A stretch of 48,831 bases of DNA, filler included, from Haliotis rubra (lineage: Eukaryota): the NCBI RefSeq assembly GCF_003918875.1. It is 3 parts of 3 records of this genome, joined end to end, with 100 filler letters (N's around TTAATTAATTAA, not from the genome) between each part and the next. Parts side by side here need not be neighbours in the genome. Positions count along the whole stretch, not along the records: positions 34,028 to 48,831 come from NW_025767029.1; 2 more parts are not named here. One strand, given 5' to 3'. Below are positions 45,954-48,831 of the stretch, piece by piece. The position numbers and the translations under genes are program-made. Within the stretch, counting starts at the first letter, position 1; each line of letters begins with the position of its first letter. The notes under the pieces are model-generated. The model worked only from the letters and a program-made list of their open reading frames with translations, made no database searches and was not told where the DNA came from.

Positions 45954-48016
45954 TTCACTGGCAGATCCTGCTTGTTGCTGAGCCCACTCTTCACGTTCGC
46001 TACTTTGTAATTTGTCAACAAGAAGTAAATGAAATATGTGCCTTTAATTCAATAAAATGAGTCAAGTATTGATGCAATCGGACTGAAATCTGCTCATTTA
46101 AACGAAGTCAAATGCACACATCTTTAGATAGGGATGAAGGATGGGTGTATGTACGTACACTAGACGTAGGTATGTATGTGCGGGTGTGTGTATGCTGAGT
46201 GGGGTTGGAGGGTGGGTGTGGCCGGTACACGTGTGTATACTGATCATATACTGTAGTAATAAGTACTCACACATACCTATGCGCCACCTGTTTAGGAACA
46301 CCATGGAGAATGAATTTGCGTTATGTGACGTCATATTTACAAGTCACTTTCACCTTCATATTATAGTCTTAACATATATTTACAATATGTCATTAAACTG
46401 GGTTCATTTTAATTTTCTTTTCGAAATACTTCGGCCATCCACATGTAATATGTAAACAAGAACAAGAACCAATATTTGTCTTGAAATCTACACTGACGAA
46501 CAAACAAATCCCTACCCATCGCCAAGCCATGAGGAACAGAACATTCATGTATCAGTCTACGAGGGCATGTTCGATATCTCACATATCAGACAGGTAAGGG
46601 GTTGCATTCCACATGGAACCAATTGCCAATATGGAAAAAGGGGGTAATCAATATATATATTCTTTAACGTATAGTCGCTACATGTCGGAAATAGCGTGGA
46701 TCCAATGTTACATTATAACTCACTTATTAAATAGAAAAGCTTCACGGATATAGTATACGTAAAGGCGTTTTGTACATATACTTTTCAGGACTTTCAACAA
46801 CATTTCGGCTATGACGGCTTGTCAAGGGAATGGGGGCGGGAGGCTGACCCGAATCCAGTTTTGTGTCTGTACATAACGAAAAACATTTGCTACTTATAAT
46901 TCGAATCCCGATACACCCGGTGTGCTTATCGCGTTAAGTTGAACTAATTTCCCTGTTTCATCATTAATATGGAGAGAAGCCTTACCTTGTACTCAGCCGA
47001 TATCAGCGGTCTAATGAATAGGAAGGCACCCGTCTCAAATAATGAGTGGTAGCTCTCATCAATAATAGTTAAATGTTTACCGTCGTTCTCTTGTTCCATG
47101 TGCTGTTTGTTGCCTTGGTGTTCCCGGCATAACCCACACACTCTCGATTCTCAACACTCTCTGTCACTCAGGCCCCGATAACTTCGATTATACAGACTGC
47201 TGCTGCTACACATTGCCAGCCTGTGGGAAAGAGGCGTCGTCATGAGAACAGGACGCGCCGAGCTTTGGGATGTCGACGGAACGACACAGACAGGGGAGTA
47301 TTGATTTTTACTGTCATTAAATATAAATCTCGGGTAGATGGTACGAGGTAGGGGAACATACTGTCGTAACGACTAGGATCGATGCCGCAGTCCCACTGGG
47401 GGTAATAGAAGACATGAAGGCAATGTTCTTCTTATTGATTCTTCCATAGCCTTATGTAAAAATCACGTGGCCGAGGAAACGTCGAAAACACTTGCCATGA
47501 ACTGATTCTGACGAAGCGCTCTGTACTTTAATAGAATTTGGCAAGCGATTAAGTTGATTTCTGACATAGTTAGGAATTGCCGATTATCTGTTGATATTTT
47601 CATCTGAAGTCACTTTTGTTAATGTGTCTGGGTTTGTTTCTGGGCTTGTCCGCACCATACCATGGTTGGGGGTTTCACTACAGTAGTACACGTAGACCCG
47701 CCTCACGTCCGGATATTCTCCAACATTCAGCTGACGTCACGTCAAATTATGTTAAAAGTGTCAGTATTCCAAACTAATACACACATTCATATGATGAAAA
47801 CATACCTTGTTCAATCAGCTTAAGTTGTGGGAAAGCGCCTTTTTATGGATGTCAACTTCTTTATTGTGAGGAACACAGCGTTCCGGAGTATATCCTTATG
47901 CCGCCATCAGGTGAATGAATGCTACGAGGAAGAGAGCTTGTATGTGTACATTTAAGAACAACAAAGGTCATGTGTTCCCTTCCGTTATTAATTAAGAAGA
48001 TTAGTGTACCGCAAGC

Positions 48017-48490
48017 CAGAACAGAACAGAATTTTATTCTCCAAATATCACAAAAAGTGATATAGAGAACATACAGGGATATATATATATATAAATAAAA
48101 TATTCACATAATATCATTTGAAGAGGCACAAACAGTGTTTTATATATTTGGATAATTTGAGGATGAGTGGTTGATAGTCACAATTCATGAGAAAAATAAA
48201 TTTACAGATTGAGGGATTCACACAGAAATATTTTGGTAAAAAGGGTTTTCGTTGTTCAACAAGCGATGGACATCTGAGTAAAAAATGGAATTCGTCACAA
48301 ATAGCTTGATTACAAAGATTACAAAGTCGGTTTTTATTCAGAATATTTAGCCAGCGCCCTGTTTCTATTGTAACCTATTTGTTGTCCTAAATTGTGTTAG
48401 CCAAATTCTAGTTTGAAATGGTAATTTAAGATATGGTTCAGGAATAAGTGCATTTTTATACATTGAATAATAAAATCCTTTTGATGATTG
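48017..48490 (-). mobile_element. LINE 3' end
   Basis: EPYLKLPFQTRIWLTQFRTTNRL.ETGRW..RLCNLCN..DEFHFLLRCP; terminal AATAAAATTCTGTTCTGTTC. Confidence 0.8.
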
Positions 48491-48831
48491 AGTAATACTT
48501 GAATTCCGAGATTGTAAAAAACTGAAAAGCCCACACACAGACCGGTACGTCAACTACAACTCTGCCCCAGCTCTTGAAGCCGTTGTTGCGCTTCATTGAC
48601 AGGAGCTTGTCAACAGTGGTCGATTCACTTCCCGGACCACTGCACGTCATTCGAGAGTATTAGCCAGATAACAGTTTCCACAAGACTACCCATGTAAGAC
48701 AACTGCACCTAGATGCCTTCTATTACATTACTTGCGTCGTATTTGTCCTGTTAGGACGAGGCAGCTATTGAAAAACATCGACCGATTGCAGGCTTCCAGT
48801 TCCTTAGTTCAAGAACAGATGCTGAACTTTC

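Noticed and set aside
47470-47520. GAAACGTC..CTGACGA as a second hammerhead
   Set aside because: Stems I and II cannot be formed.
34028-48831. GST-D exon 1 upstream of the spacer
   Set aside because: No MPxYxxxYF-type exon or ARE/Inr promoter was found by eye in this segment.

Overview
Repeat-rich eukaryotic genomic DNA, most likely molluscan (abalone-like gastropod, inferred from the SINE families and GST sequences). It is scaffolded from at least three contigs joined by artificial 100-nt N/TTAATTAATTAA/N spacers at 7403-7502 and 33928-34027. The main genic content is a minus-strand tandem cluster of 5-exon sigma-class glutathione S-transferase genes: copy B is complete (13636-17613, 202 aa); copy D has exons 3-5 intact with exon 2 running into a gap (30556-33927); copy C is a pseudogene (23190-24941; frameshift, exon 5 deleted); copy A is an orphan exon 1 (10413-10545); and there is an inverted intron relic of a further paralog. 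Both visible GST promoters carry a consensus antioxidant response element about 20-30 bp upstream of a TCAGTT initiator. The rest is mobile DNA: three SINE-type families, Tc1/mariner relics and MITEs, a hAT MITE, a decayed ISL2EU-like transposon with two convergent gene remnants, LINE fragments, a Penelope-type inverted repeat with a minimal hammerhead ribozyme motif, and several satellites. The most interesting unexplained signals are: (i) a short retroelement with no recognisable Pol III promoter whose precisely defined 5' head folds into a covarying pseudoknot (candidate self-cleaving RNA); (ii) apparent compensated frameshifts remodelling the GST substrate-binding helix; (iii) a stress/xenobiotic regulatory footprint conserved between paralogs. 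All alignments and folds were done by eye.
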